From assembly GCF_036971445.1 (NCBI RefSeq), contig NC_091473.1:255316001-255380000 (forward strand): 64,000 bases of DNA, written 5' to 3'. Origin of the DNA: Narcine bancroftii (taxonomy: Eukaryota). This document shows positions 24,444-39,400 of this stretch, one piece after another. Numbering within the stretch: position 1 is the first letter of the stretch; every line of letters starts with the position of its first letter. Under the pieces are notes generated by a model. That model saw only the letters and a program-made list of their open reading frames with translations. It was not told where the DNA came from and ran no database searches. The position numbers and the translations under genes were made by a program.

Positions 24444-27400
24444 CTAGAGAAGAGAATGAAAAATTACTATTTTTATTAAAATTATTATTAAAAATCAAAA
24501 ATGAAATTGGTACATTACTACATCATCCAACTGTAAAATCTACACACCTACCTGTGGCTGCAGAACAGGCCCTGATCTGGAAACATTCATTCAACATCTC
24601 ACAACTTCACTTCTCTTCGTTGGTCGGGAGATATTCATTATTCCTCTAATTTACCATTTTCTATTTCTGCTCATCGTGTTCATAAATAATTCCAAATGAA
24701 TTTTTAGTTGCTGAACAAAGCTTTGGAAATGTATTTCAATGGCAAATTAACTAACCATAGTTACCAGATTAACTAACCATAGTTACCAGATCATTGTGGT
24801 TGTGTTGCTGGATTGATAATCCAGAGATCTGCACCAACCTCCCCTGAGAGAGGATCTTGAATCCCACCACAGTGACTGAGGGATTTAAAAACAATGGATT
24901 CAATCCTCAGGAATAAAAAAACTACTCTGCGTAATAGTGATTTTGAAAATGGCAGATTATTGCAGAAAAAGTTCAAGAGCCAGATAGCTGTCGGATAAAA
25001 ACTGTTTTTAAACCTGGGCCTTCATCCTGAAGGTAGCACTGAGAAGAGGTTGTGACCAGGAGATGGGCGTCCTTCATGATGTTGTCTGCCTTCTTGATGG
25101 CAGTGCCTCTCATAGATGGCTGCAGTGGAAGGGAAGTCAGAGCCTGTGATGGTCTTGGCTGCATTTGCTACTTTCTGCGTTCCTGGACATTTGTATTGCC
25201 AAGCCAGGCTGTGATGCCACCAGTCAGTATACTTTCCACAGTGCACCTGTAGGTGTTTGATAATATGATGATGCGCCGAGAAAGATCTGAAACATGGACT
25301 GGCAGAAACTCTCCACTGCCTTCTCATCAATGCAACCAGGCACATGGTTCCACAGCCTCCCATCCTAAAATCAACATTAAACTCCTTGGTCTTGGAGACA
25401 TTGAGAGCAAGATTGTTGTGGCATCAACCAACTCCATTTTCTTTGATTCAATGAATATTGAAAAGTGTCTTAAGAGTTCTGGTATAAAACACAGACGATC
25501 CCCCCCCCCCCCCCAACTGTTTGACCAGCTGAGCTCCTCCAGCAGATTGTTTATCATTGTTCTAATTTCTACCTATAATACAAGAATTTTTGCTCTCACT
25601 GATCCTGTCATATTATGCGAAGACATTGAGCAACTGTCATCACCAAAATACCAGAGATGACAAAAGTAGCACCTGTAAAGATTATTGATTCATTTGGGAA
25701 GTACTCATTCAGTTAAGCTTCGAAAATAAAAAAGTTTTGTCTGATAGTTCCCAAATCATGAAAATGCAATCATTTATTTAGAGGTTCACTGAATTTGCTT
25801 CTGTTTTGAGAATTTCAAACCTTAACCATCAAATTTTAATGTTCTTAGATTGGATGGAATATGAAATACTTGATGGTGGTTTGTTAAAATAACTTTGCAG
25901 AGAAAGGCTTTTTCACTGTGACTGGTTATTGTCAGTGTTTGAGATGTATAAAATCGTAATCTCATAGGAATCCTAAAAACATATAAAATTATGAAAGGCA
26001 TAGATAAGACAGAGGTACATAAGTTGTTTCCATTGGTGGGGGAGACCAGAACCAGGGGACATAGCCTCAAGATTCAGAGGAGTATGTTTAGAACAGAGAT
26101 GAGGAAGAACTGCTTGTCCCAGAGGGTGCTGAATCTGGAATTTGATGCCCATTGAAGCAGTGGAGGCAACCTCAGTTAATATGTTTAAGACAAGATTGGA
26201 TAGAGTTTTATATAGTAGAGGAATTAAGGGATATGGGGAAAAGGCAGGTAGGTGGAGATGAGCCCATCATCAGATCAGCCACAATCTCAGTGAATGGCGG
26301 AGCAGGCTCGACGGGCCGGATGGCCGACTCCTGCTCCTATTTCTTATAATTTTATGTAAATTAGGAATTTGCTTGACTGTTGACTACAGAATTGTACAGC
26401 AAAGAAGATGCTGCAGATACTGGTTTACAAAGAGCCTCTATCATTTATCTGAAACACTAAGACCTTTAAAGTATTTAATCATGGGTATAAGATTAACTCG
26501 GATTGAAGCCAGTGTTAGAATGTTTGCTCCCAGATGGTCTCGTGAGTAAAGGTCACCTGATCACTTCCAGGTTTCATACAATATAAATATGGAATATTAC
26601 CCCAGATTCTCATGCAGTGTAAAGAACCTGGCCATGAACTAACTGGATTAAACATAATCTGCTGGAGGAACTCAGCAAGTCAAGCAACATTATTGGAAGA
26701 AAAAGAATGGTCAATGTTTCGAGCCAAAACCCTTTATTGAAGTTGGTTAAATGTAGTCGAGAAGTCCACTTAACAATGACAAGGTGGGAGGGCAGGACTC
26801 GGGGCCCTGTATGGGATTGGTGAACCAGGGACTGATAAAGCATGACTGACAGAGGCATCTGATTAGCAGATGCCAGACAAAAGGAGAGGAAGATGAGTCA
26901 CACAGTGGGGGGGGGGGGGGGTAGAGATTAGAGACAAAGATGGCCAGTGCTGGGGCCTGAGAATTATATTTGTCTGGCACAGCATGTTCTTACCCTGAAT
27001 AACTTCTCATTTGATGTCTCATTTCCTTCAAATCAAAGATGTAGCCTTGGGCACTTCTTGGGTCCCAGTATTCCTGCCTCTTTTTTTGGTTTCATGTAAC
27101 AGTCTTTCCTCTGAACCTTCCACCTCCCCTGTTAAACTGGTGACTGCATTGTGGCTGCTTCTTGCACCGTGCAGAACTCATCAATTTCACCAACCTTGCA
27201 CCTACCTCCACCCTGTTCTGAAATTCATTTGGACCATGTCTGGCACTTCTCTCCCCTTTGTAGATCTCTTTATCTCAGGAGACAAGCTATACATTTACTA
27301 CAAACCCAATGAATCCCACAACAGTTACCCTGACTAAGGGAGAAAGGATGAAAAAGAGAGACAGAAATGTTGATTGAATGGGTGGAGATTCAGATGGAGT

Positions 27401-30400
27401 ATATCTTGCACTTTGGTATCTGTGCAGGTATCCAATGCAATTCCAACAAAACATCTTTGGGGCTCTGTCTTTTTAAATTAGTGTTGGCAAATTATTTAAA
27501 AAGGGCATCATCAAATGATGTTGTGTAACAGTTTTGTTGGATTCATTTATGGCTCAAATTGTTAATGATGATAAAAATTCCAGGCTAGTTTATATACACT
27601 GCTTTATTAGTCACTACAGCACAACATCGAGGACTGGACCCTGTACAGTGCTGTAGTGTTCTATGTTCAACTTCCTCGAGGAAATGGGGTGAATGTATCT
27701 GTTGCTCATTAGTTGTTAACCTCTGGTATTAGTTTGGCCATGTCTCACCTTGCTTTGAGACGAGGTGGTTTCAGAACCTCACCTGAACACGTCTCTTTTG
27801 AAATCTTCCTGGCTCATGCTGAGGCTCCGGCAGGTGTTTAAAGGTGTGATGCTCATTCATCAAAGCTGCAAGCTTGGAGTGAAGCTCAATGCACTTGAGG
27901 GTTGACAGGGAAGAGATTATAAAAATTAGGAAAATAAAACAGTTCACAGACGCAAATAACATTTCTTTCCAACAACTGCCAGTGATAAAGTTCAACATCC
28001 TCCTCAATGTACCTACTGAAAATACATCAGTCCTTCAATGAGAAGTGATTGCTCCACAGCTCTTACAAAATCTCTATCTTGCTACTGACAGCATTACACC
28101 AACACTACTAAGGATCTGTCGCCATATCAGACAACTGCAGATAGTTATTATTTATTTTTTCCTCTTCTTTGTACATTTGTTATTTTATTTAAATTTTAAC
28201 TTAGACACACAGCACAGTAACAGGCCCTTTCACCCCACGAGCCCATGCACCCAATTACACCCAATTAACCTACATCCCGGAACATTTTTGAAGGGTGGGA
28301 GAAAACTGGAGCCCCAGAGGAAACCCACATAGACACAGAGACAACATACAAGTTCCTCACAGACAGGGTTGGATTCAAACTCAGGTCGCTGGTGCTGCAA
28401 CAGCGTTGCACTAAATGCTACGTTAACTGTGCCACCCAATTATAAGGCAGGAAATATAGTCGATCTCAAATCACAGTACAGTGGAACCCCGTTATAACGT
28501 GATGGTTTGGGTCCAAAATGTCGCATCGCGTAAAAAGGGTTGTGCTAAATCAAGGTTTCAATAAGTTGTTGTAGCTAGAGTTGAAATTAAAATGAATTAA
28601 TTTTTAGTAAACTGACCGTCCCCATTTGACATCCCCGCTGCTCGTGGCAGCTCCCTGCTGCAGCCCCAAGTACCATGAGCTCCAAGGACCCGCACTTGCA
28701 CTTGGCAGCTGCTCGAAGCCCGAGTCCAATGACTCATCGTGCTATATCCAAATTTGTGTTCAATCGGGGTTCCATTGTACCTTGTCAAATGTTGCTGTTT
28801 TCAACATCACACAAGCAGAATTTATCGATTCCCAGCAAGTAATGTCAAATATCACTGTCCTTTAAAGGAAATTATTTCAAAGAATGGTTTAATTCAGCAT
28901 GTGTGTTTTCCTAGAGTGAGACTTGAGTTTGATTTCTCTGAGATTCTGGGTGAAAGGTGTGCATTGAGCATGTGGGCTGGCACCTTGCAGTCCTGGGGGA
29001 GGGGTCATTCTCACCTCCTCCTGTTTTACATGGAGCTGGCATGATTGCCTTTCCAGTTGGTCAGTCAGGTGTCTGATCTCCAGCTGAAGAGCAACCTCGC
29101 GCTGCTCAGTCCTGGCACGAAACTCATCTACAACAAATTAGAGTCCACGTTGGGAATAAAATGCAAGCAATGAAAGTCGTAATTACTTGGGTGTTAGTGT
29201 GAAGTCTCAACTCACCGTTCTGCTGCACAGCTTTTTCCTGCTCACTGACTTTCTTCTGTAACACGTCTGCAGTTTGAAGAAAAGGGTTACCATCACGCAG
29301 AGTAATGGTCTTATCCATAGAACTTCACGCTCACACCGGACAATTAAGTACAGAGATAGAGCATGGTAACAGGCCCTTCTGGCCCATGAGCCTGTGCAGC
29401 CCAAATAGACTCAATCATCCTACTAATTGTACATCTTTGGAACATGAGAGGAAAACCGCACAGTCACAGGGAGAACATCCAGGCAGTTTGCAGTCAGTGG
29501 TAGATTCAAACCTGGGTCGCTGGCACTGTGTAATAGATTGCAGGATCCACTATGCTAACCATACGTATTCACCCACCACAAACTATTGCAGTAACCTCGG
29601 TGACTCCTTGCAGCCATTTCAGTGTCAAAGGATTTCTCAGCAAAAGGCCGGAAGCACATTTCCACGTTTTGGCCAGGAAAGGGTCATAGAAATTAAGGAT
29701 AGGCTTGAAGGATGGTTGAATGGCCTTCTGGAGGCAGTGACTGGGAGATTCCCAGGAAGTAGGAGACTCACCATGTCAGTCACTTTGTCTTGTCACCAGC
29801 TCCTGAGCTCTGGAATACCCTTCCTGAAGCTGTCCACATGTCTCCTTGAACACTTTCCTTAAATCCGACCAAAAATGGCCTGAAGCCTTCGTATGATTTC
29901 AATGTCATTGTGTGTGATGACATTGGAAAAAAATGTCTAGAGACAATGAGTTCCTCTAAAACTCCATAAATTTATGGTAATAAAGAGCTTCTCATTAAAT
30001 TTAGCAAACATTTTCAAAGGAGCAAATAGCAAATAGCAACTGTGACTAATCTGGTCATTGTGACCCAAGTCTCGAGACAGGGTCCCTGCCTGAAACATTG
30101 ATACCTGCTGATCTGCTTGAATCCCTCCAGCTTCTCGTTCCTCGCTCATGGATTTCAGTGTCTGGTTTTTGTATTATCTCTGACAATAAGCATCAGTCAT
30201 CACCAGGACTTGCACCCAAACATGTGAAGCAACACTTCACCTGTACATCCAGAGGACTGATCTACTGCATCCGGTGCTCCCTTTGTGGCCTTCTCTACAT
30301 TGGAGGGACCGATCGTAGAGTGGGAGATCATTTCGCTCAGCACCTCCTCTCCAGTTGCAACTACAGCGACCTTCCAGAGACCAACCACTTCAATTCCAGG

Positions 30401-33400
30401 TCACACTCCCATTAACATGTCTGTCCATGGTCTCATGTACTGTCCCACCCTGACCACCCACAGATTGGAGGAACAACACCATATTTTCCGTCTGGGCCTC
30501 CTCCAGCCAGATGGCATGAAAATTGACTTTACTGCCTTCCACTAAACCTGCTGGCATTCTCCTTCCCCCATTTCCTGCCTTTCCCCTTCTTTCATCTACA
30601 CAGCCTTGCCTTTCCACCACCCCTCCCCCCCGCGTGATGCTGTCTCCTCCCTCCCTTCTCCACCTATCATCTCCTGCCCCTGGCACTACCCCACCCCCCA
30701 TCCTTCCCACTCTTTTATTCTGATGCTCACCGGCATTTTCTCACATCTTGATGAGGGACTCAAGCCCGAAACGTTGGTTCTGTATTTTTACCTTTGCTAC
30801 ATAAAGGAGACTGTTTGATCTATTGAGTTTCTCCAGCATCTTGTATTTTTACTTCGACAGAATTCTGTGATTTACTTTCATGTGCCGACTTTCATGTTTC
30901 GATCATCATGTTTCTCCAACATTGTGTTTTTACTTCAGCCACAGTATCGGCAGACTTTTCTCTGAGACTAGTCCTTCAGCTCCCAGCTCATAACTGATCA
31001 CCGAGACCAGCTTTTGTTTGGGTTCCTGAAGTAGTAACCGAGCTCTAAACTGTTCCCAAAGTGAGGAAGGATGACCCAAGTATTCAGCTCCAGTACCAAT
31101 GAGCCAAGGGTGTAATACAAGCACATTCACCATTGTATAACTTGCAAACCTCAGCTGTGTGTATTAATTGTGGGCTGTGGTTTTGAGTTTGAGTTGGTGT
31201 GGGTTGAGCCTTTTTCAATTGTTATACACACTTGGTATCAATGCTGCAGAAGGTATCTGCACTTACCCTGTAGATTAATGATTGTAGAAACCATCCTTTG
31301 TTTTTGCTCCTCAGCATCTTGTAGCTCCTCTAGGGGAGAAAAAGCAGTCTCTCTTTATTTTCCACTCACAATGTAACAGCATCAGCTGTGTTGGTTCAAT
31401 GGGCAGCACTCGTGCCTCTACGGCAGAAGGTTGGAGGTTGTTCCAGCGACTCAAGCCTCAGCTCATTCACCAGCAAGGTGATGAAGTACTGCTCTGCTGT
31501 GTTTCCGCTGGTTGCACCATGACACTCCGAACATGGCTTGCAGGCAGTAAAAAAAACATTTGCAATGTCAGGGTCACTGTCCACCCTATCACTAGGCCCT
31601 TTTGGATTGCCTTCTAAAATGGGGTTAACTGAGCAATTTAGTAGGTTGAAGACCCAGATGCAGGGCTATTTGAAAGGGCCAAACTGGGCAAGCCCGGTCA
31701 AAATCAGACCTAGACAGGGAACCCAGTAAAACTTACCTGGGTGTCCTCCTCCACCTATTTGAAAGGGGAAATGGCTAACCCAGTCACTCTGAAACTTTTA
31801 TCAGAAAGAACATGGGGAACAAGGGATTCCCTGCGGCTGTGTGGCACATCATTCACCACGTCATTGCTGGGGCGGGATCCCCCTTAAATCACTGGGTTGG
31901 TGATTTAACAGGTAGGTTAGGCTGCTATTTGAAAGGTGCAACTGTCTCTCATGATTTATAAACCTCTTCAGGACTCCCCTCAGCCTCTGACACTCCAAAA
32001 AAAAAATGTCCCAAGTTTGTCCAATCTCTCCCCATAACTCATACCCTCTAAACCAGGAAGCGTCTTCTGTACCTTTCCAAATCCTCCACATCCTTCTTCT
32101 AATGGGGTGACTAGAATTACACACAGTATACCAGGTGCAGACTGTCTAATCCTGTCAGAATTTGCCTTCCACCAATTTAATGCTTTTCTACAAGAACCAA
32201 AGTTATCCTTGTCCATAACTATCTTGAAACTTAAAGAAGATTGATTACTATTCCCAAAATATCCCCCCACTGGCGAGGCTCATTTACCAATATAAGGTCT
32301 GGTATGGCTGGCTTCCTCCAGGCTGCTTCAAGAAGCTCTCCTGGGTGCCCTAATTCTGCCCCGTCTCAGGCACAAAGGATGTGCTTGTCAATGTTGGGGA
32401 AATTAAACAAGACTTTGTTACTTTTGTAAATCTCCGCAATCTGTCTACATTTCTGTCCCTCCACCTCCCAGTGGCTATTGGCAGGCGGATAGGACAGCCC
32501 CATCATTCTTATTTCTGATCTCGACTCACCCTGTGCCACCGATATGTCCTCTCTGAATGACACTCTCCCTTATTAGCAACGTAGCAATGCTATACCAACC
32601 CTTCTCTTACCCCTTCTATCCAGCCTAAAGCCCTGAGAGCCAGGAATATAGAGCTGCCAATTCTGTTCCTCTTGCAGCCACGTCTCTGTAATGGCCACAA
32701 CATCATAAATCCAAGTACTGATTCAGACTTCCTCCTTTCATTAAAGAAACACTTCAGCCCTCAGTCTTGTGGTGACCACTCACCCATCCTGTCCTTCCCT
32801 TCAGGTTTGATGGCCCCGGAATCTGCCATCCTCTCAGCTCCTCCACCTGCTGCTCAACTTCTCACCTCCACGAATCTAGTTTAAACCTTCCCTGATAGCA
32901 CCAGCAAACCTCCCCTCCCCATGAGGATAGTGAACCCCCTCCAATTCAATTGGAACCCATCTTGTACAGGACCCTCCTCCCTGGAAGAGAAACCAGTGAT
33001 CTAAAATATCTGAATCCCTCCCCTTCTGCACTAGTTCCACACATTAAACGGCCCTATCTTCCTACTTACTGCTTCACAAGCATGTGGCATGAGCAGTAAT
33101 CTTGCTGTCTGTATTATTTATTACATTCTTATGGTACAGAAGAAGACTGTTCAGCATATCAGATCCATACGAGCTCCAGTAGATTAATCCCCTCAGCCCC
33201 ATTCTCCTTTCCTCAGTACCTTTGAAGCTTATTCTCCTTTACTTGTCTTTCAGCTCTGCTCATTTTCCCATGAACCCACATTGAAAGAAAACTTTAATTA
33301 ATCTACGCACTTCTTCAGGATTCAGTCTGAATGTCTATGTGTATTACAGAGCGTCAGTAGTTGGATTTTCCAGTGAGCAGTTGACTTCCTTCCCAGTTCT

Positions 33401-36400
33401 CCCAGACACACATACCTCTGCTAATTAGAAGTTGCTCTTGCTTGAGTTCATTCTCTTCTTTTAAGGAATCAATTTGGTTCAAGAGTTTCTGGGTTTCATT
33501 TTCTACGGCCTCCAATTTGCTCTGTAAATCTCTGAGCACCACACCATCAGTTTCTGCTCTCTGGAAAAAATATCGAGATGAAAGGATGAGGGAGAAAGAA
33601 TTTAAAAAAGTAGTTGTATAAAGAGTTAGCCGACCATTTTGATGTCACATGAAAAGCTAGCCAATGAAGATGCTCGAAATGAAAACAGAAAATGCTTGGG
33701 ATACCTGGTAGGTTGGGCAGCATCTGTGGAGAGGGAAACAGAGAGGTAGAGAAATATGAGTCCACAGATGCTGAAATCTGGAGCAAAATCCAGCTGTTGG
33801 AAGAGCTCATCTGGTTGAGCAGCTTGTGTGGAGGCATAGAAACAGCTGACATTTTGGATCGAGAGTGTGATTCAGGATTGTTTTGGGACAAAGTGACGAG
33901 TCAGTCCATCTCTCTCCACAGATGCTACCTGATCCTCTGAGTTGCTCCAGCTTCTTATTGTTTGCTCAAGATTCCAGCGTCTGCAGTCCCTGTGTTTCAT
34001 TCATCAGCAATATTCATTGGAGACTCTCATAGTCACTAAACAATCTATTTATTTATTTGTATAGATTAAATACTTGTCCTGCATATGTATTAATTGTCTG
34101 TATGTGTGTCTGGTTGTATGTCTGCATGTTTTGCACTGAGGATCGGAGAACGCTGTTTCATCAGACAAAAGACAAAGGAGGAAAAACCCAACACCCAACC
34201 CCAACCCACCAATTTTCCCCTGCAACCGCTGCAACCGTGTCTGCCTGTCCCGCATCGGACTTGTCAGCCACAATCGAGCCTGCAGCTGACGTGGACATTA
34301 CCCCTCCATAAATCTTCATCCGCGAAGCCAAGCCAAAGAATTGTGCAATCAGGTGACGATAAACTTGAATTGACTTAGCAGTCACCTTTTGACATCGAGC
34401 CATGGAGAATTGGGCCAGCTGCAGCGGAGAGAGGATGCGTGGTCTCGGCGGGAATCATGGACCACCCCTTTCCTTCCTTCACAGTGGAAAATGCCAGTCC
34501 TGAACTGTCATCTCCTAAAACTACTTCCATGTCAGTGTGGACTTGCCCAATAACAACTGCTCTCAATTTACTCCCCTGGCTAAAAAAAATGACTCCCCTG
34601 GCTGTTATCTAATCTTCTCAGAATTTGCCCTCCCTGATTTAGTGCTTTTGTACAAGACCCAAACTATTTTGAAACTTAAGGAAGAATGATCTCTATTCCC
34701 AAAATAACTCCCCCCCACCCCACCCCACAATGTCAAGGCTCATTTGCCAATACAAAGTCTAGTATGGTTGGACTATGAACATGGAGCCAGAGAGAAGTGG
34801 GCCAGCTGCAGAGGAGAGAGGATACAGGTCTTGACCTGAAGCATTGGCTATCCCTTCCCCTCCACAGATGTCCGGGAGCTCATTTCTTTCCTGAGAAGGA
34901 AACAGGTTAATGAGATTTCATCCTTGGGATATATCCATTTGAGTGTTCCTCAGGAGGCAAGAAACACACAGCAGGCCAATCAGCATTCATTGAACGCAAG
35001 AAATAGGAGCAGGAACTGGCCATTCGGCCCGTCGAGCCTCGCATGCCATTCAATGAGATCGTGGCTGATCTGATGGGAGGAGCAATAGAGTTCATGTTTA
35101 GCTCTGAGATTCACTGTTGACTGGGAAAGAGGGAAAACAAGACTATAGAGTCAAGGTGCGTCATCAGGAAGTTACCTGCAGCTTGCTCTCGATGACATGC
35201 AGTCGATCCGTGGTCTGTGCGTGTTGAGTGGTCACTTCAGTGCAGTCAGAGATTGCTCTATAATAAGACTCTCTCCAATGAACAGATTCCTGCTTTGCTG
35301 TTCTCAATGATCTCTGCAAACACAAATGCTTAGTGTTAACCCACCTCTGCCAGACAGCTTTTTAAAACCACAGGATATGCAGGCTCCTTGGAGTGCAGGA
35401 AGGTGGGGGAATGATCTCATAAAGGTGAGCAAGATCATGAGAAGAATAGATTGGGTGAAGGCAGGGAATGGGAAGAGATCAAAAGCCATAGGGGTGAGAT
35501 TTTTACACTCCATAGTGTGGTGTGCATGGAGCGGGCTGCCGGAGGAGGGTGTCAAAGATCATGAGGAGGGCAGGAGAATGGGGTTGAGAGGAAATGTACA
35601 CCAGCCATAATTCGAATGGCAGAGCAAACTCAATGGGCTGAATGGCCTATTTGTGCTCCTATGTATAATGTTTCAGGTGGAGACTCTATATTGGATTCCA
35701 TCTCTCTCCACTAACTGGCTGACTTCTCTGTGACACGATGTCCAAAACGTGTCTGCTGGCAAAATACAAGAATTGCAGATGCTGGAATCCTGAACCAACA
35801 GAGAAAAGCTGGAGGGACCCAGCAGGTCAGGCAGAATCTGTGGGCGGAGAAACTGTCAAGCCTCGGCTCAAAGACCACTTGTTTCCGGTTGAAGGATTTG
35901 CCCCTGAAACCTATTTCTGTTCCCAGATACTGCCTGACTTACTGGCTATTCCCAGTATTTTCCATTTTAATTTTAGATTCTAGCATCTGCAGTTTTGTTT
36001 ATTTTCACAGGTTCTATTCAATCTTTTGCTTCAGATAAAATGATCTGAATTCCACACTGATGAAGTTCCTCTGAATTTATAGGAGTTAAGAAGGGGGGGC
36101 TGTGCTTTATCAGTCGGGGGATTGAGTTCAAGAGTCGAGAGGTCATGTTGTAAATCTACAAATCTCTGGTGTAATGATTATATTATTTGGGAAAATTTAG
36201 AGTAGGTTACATACATAGATTTTAAAACAGATCTTATTTGAAAGACTGAAGAAATATTGAAGATCTCTGGAGAATGTTATGCACCTTTCACAAGTAGGTG
36301 TTAATTGAACCGAGGTCATAAAATGAATGACCATTGTTTGGAACAGGAGCCTGGATAGTTACAAGTACCTTTCTGCAGGGTGCTTACAGGAAGGTCACGC

Positions 36401-39400
36401 CTGGGTTTTGTTTATCTAAGACAACAGCTTGAACAGAAGAAAGAACTTGTTGTTTGCTGAAGAAGGTGGGGATTTTGCAAGTGAGAGAGTCACATGGTTT
36501 GGCTGAAAGTTTCAGTTGGAGAGAGAGGGAGGGAGAGAAGAGAAGCCCTCTCAGCTAGTGTGTGTGTGTGGGACACTACAGCAACTGAACAGTACAAGCC
36601 AGGAAGAGCTGGTTGAAACTGATGACAAGTTCTAGAGCAGTGGATGGCTGGAAGTGCTATCTGTCTGATGTTTCTCTTGGAATAAGTGGAACAGAAGGAG
36701 CTCTGTGATAACCTGAAAGAAAGAGGTTACCATCTGGAAAACGCTGATGGGGCAAGTTTCATCGGTGAGACATTGAGGTGACTAATGGTGGTACCTCAGT
36801 TGTGGAAATCCTGGAACAACAAATCTCTCTCTGCAAACCCTACAAGAACCTTCCTGAGCGGTAAACATTTACCTTTCGAGCACCAAAGGCTGGTGAACTT
36901 TATACATGTTAAATTCTGTGCACAGTCTAAGAATTGCCTGCAACCAGAGAACTTGGAAGAATTAGAAGTGAGCTTAAACTGTGAACCAAAGAACTTTTAA
37001 GTTTACACACACATTGCATACACGTGCGCTTAGAATTAGAAGGGTTAGTTAAGTATAAAGTTAAAGTTTGATTTTATTTTTCATGTTTAAAGTTGATTAA
37101 AAATAACTTTTGTTTTAAAAACCACTTGTCTTGGTGAATGTCTATTGCTGCTGGGTTTTGGGGTCCTTTGGGCTCGTAACACTGGTGAGACCACACTTTT
37201 TGTATTGTGTTCATTCTGGTCACCTCATTACAGGAAGGATGTGGAAGCTACAGGGAGGGTGTAGGGGAGATTTCCCAGGATGTTGCCTGGATTGGAAAGT
37301 AAGTCTTATGAGGCGAGGTTAGTAGAGCTGGGGCTTTCTCTTTGGAGCGAAGAAGGATGAGAGGTGATTTAATAGAGGTCGACAAGATTCTGAGAAGCAT
37401 AAATAAGATGAACAGCCAGCGCCTGTTTCCTAGGGGAATAGCAAACACCAGAAGACATGTGTACAAAATGAAGGGAGGGAAATTTAGGGGAGACATCAGG
37501 GGTAAGTTTTTTTACATAGAGAGTTGTGGGGGCCTCTCCCACCTTTATACTGCTCACCTGGACATTCTCAAAACTTCGCTCTGCTGCAGTTTTCTCTTCA
37601 ATTGCTCTCTGGAGAGATTGTTTTGCCATGTGCTCATACTTGAGTTTTTGTTCCTGCATTTCAATCATGCTTTCCTTAACACTGTCCTGCGTGTGATTCT
37701 GTTGAAGAAAGGCATACGTTGCTGTATCACATCACCCCAGGGACAAATTTATCCCTCAACAGACATTAAAATGAAAATCCATTCATTTACAGCTTTCGTT
37801 ATTTTTTGATACTTAATGATTATGATATAGATGGAGGCCATTTACCCATCGAGTGCAAACTAGCTCCCAGCAGTGCAATGTATTCAACCCCACCCCCTTC
37901 CTCTTTCCTGTGAATTCTTGCCGTGTATCTTCTCTTGTGCGTCTATTAACTCCTCTGTAGTTCCATTGACACCTGTCTACGTAACGGGGTAATCTTACGT
38001 GGCAAGCTCATGATCATCCTTGAGACGTGCAAGGAAAATAGAGCATTTGGAGAAAATTCATGGGGATAGAGATATCAAAGAACTTTGCAATTTAATCAAT
38101 TCAAACAGTATTTTGTGCAAAACGTAGTTCCATGAAAATTCATTAAATGCTTGATTTAAATGCGCATGAACAGAATTTGTCAGCATATGTTTCTGAAGAA
38201 AGGGTGTCGAGAATGCTGGAATAATGAATGGACTATGAATTAAAATGATGGGCGGAAGAATAAGTGGGGAGTTGAGGAGAATGTCTTCTCCCACAGAATG
38301 AAGAGAGCCGCAGACAGCAATGCAGCTGCCTGAGGGCCACGGGCCGAGGGCGGAGTTCAGCTGGAGGCTCTGTAATGGATATTCTTGGAACGAGAGGGAG
38401 GCTGTGCTACGTGAGATAAAGGAATAATGACTTGCACGGCACTGGGGCCAAGCTCAACCCCAAACGGGAGGTGGTGGCAGACCTGCGACACATCTAGTTA
38501 CCAGGCCAGCTCTTTTGGTCAGACCATATCAAAGTTCCGCCATCGTCTCTCCCCAGCCACAGGTGAACAAGACCGAGAGAAGGAAAGGCCACTAGCCAAG
38601 TGTGACAGAACTTGTTCTCCCCTAATATTCCATCATTGGTGCACATCTCAACTTCTGAAACAGGTGGGATAGTGCTTGATTTAACCACCCTCCATTCCTC
38701 CAGCTAAATACTTAATGAGTGTTCTCCCAAACACCCCCATCCACTAACCACTGAAGCGGAATAAAGAGTATGTGCAGTTCTCCACTTTAATGGCAGTAAT
38801 AGAAAAGCTTATTATGATCTGAATGGTGACAAATTAAGAAAAAGGGAGGTGCCACGAGATCTGGAGGTCATGGTGCATCAGTCAGTGAAGGTTGGAATGC
38901 AGCTACAGGTATTGAAGAAAGCTGGCCTTTATTGTGAGAAGTTTTGAATGTAGAAGCAGGGAAGTTTGACTGCAGTTGTACAGGGCCTTGGCAGTGTATC
39001 ATGGCCACACCTTGAGTACTGGTCTCCTAATCTGAGGAAGGACATTCTTTACTAATGAGGGAGGCAGCGAAGGTTCACCAGACTGATCCCTAGAATGGCA
39101 GGACTGATGGATGAGGAAAACGGGAAAGACCAGGTTATATTCACTGGAGTTTAGAAGAATAAGAAGGGGGCAGGATCTCACGCAAACATATAAATTCTAA
39201 CAGGACTAGACAGGTTAGATACAGGAAGGATGTTGGGGAAGTCCAGAACAAGGGGTCACAGACTAAGGATAAGGGGTCGGCTGTTGAGGACTGAGATGAG
39301 GAGAAACATCTTTGCATACAGAATCATGAACTTGTGGAACTCCCTCCCACAGAACATTGTGGAGGCCAGTTCATGAGATGTATTGTGAACTTGTGGAACT

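Noticed and set aside
24748-24790. Short tandem duplication (attaactaaccatagttaccag twice)
   Set aside because: Ordinary intronic slippage duplication with no further structure.
30932-31025. Possible extra TRAF3IP3 exon
   Set aside because: In-frame stop in the required phase; the flanking exons join correctly without it.
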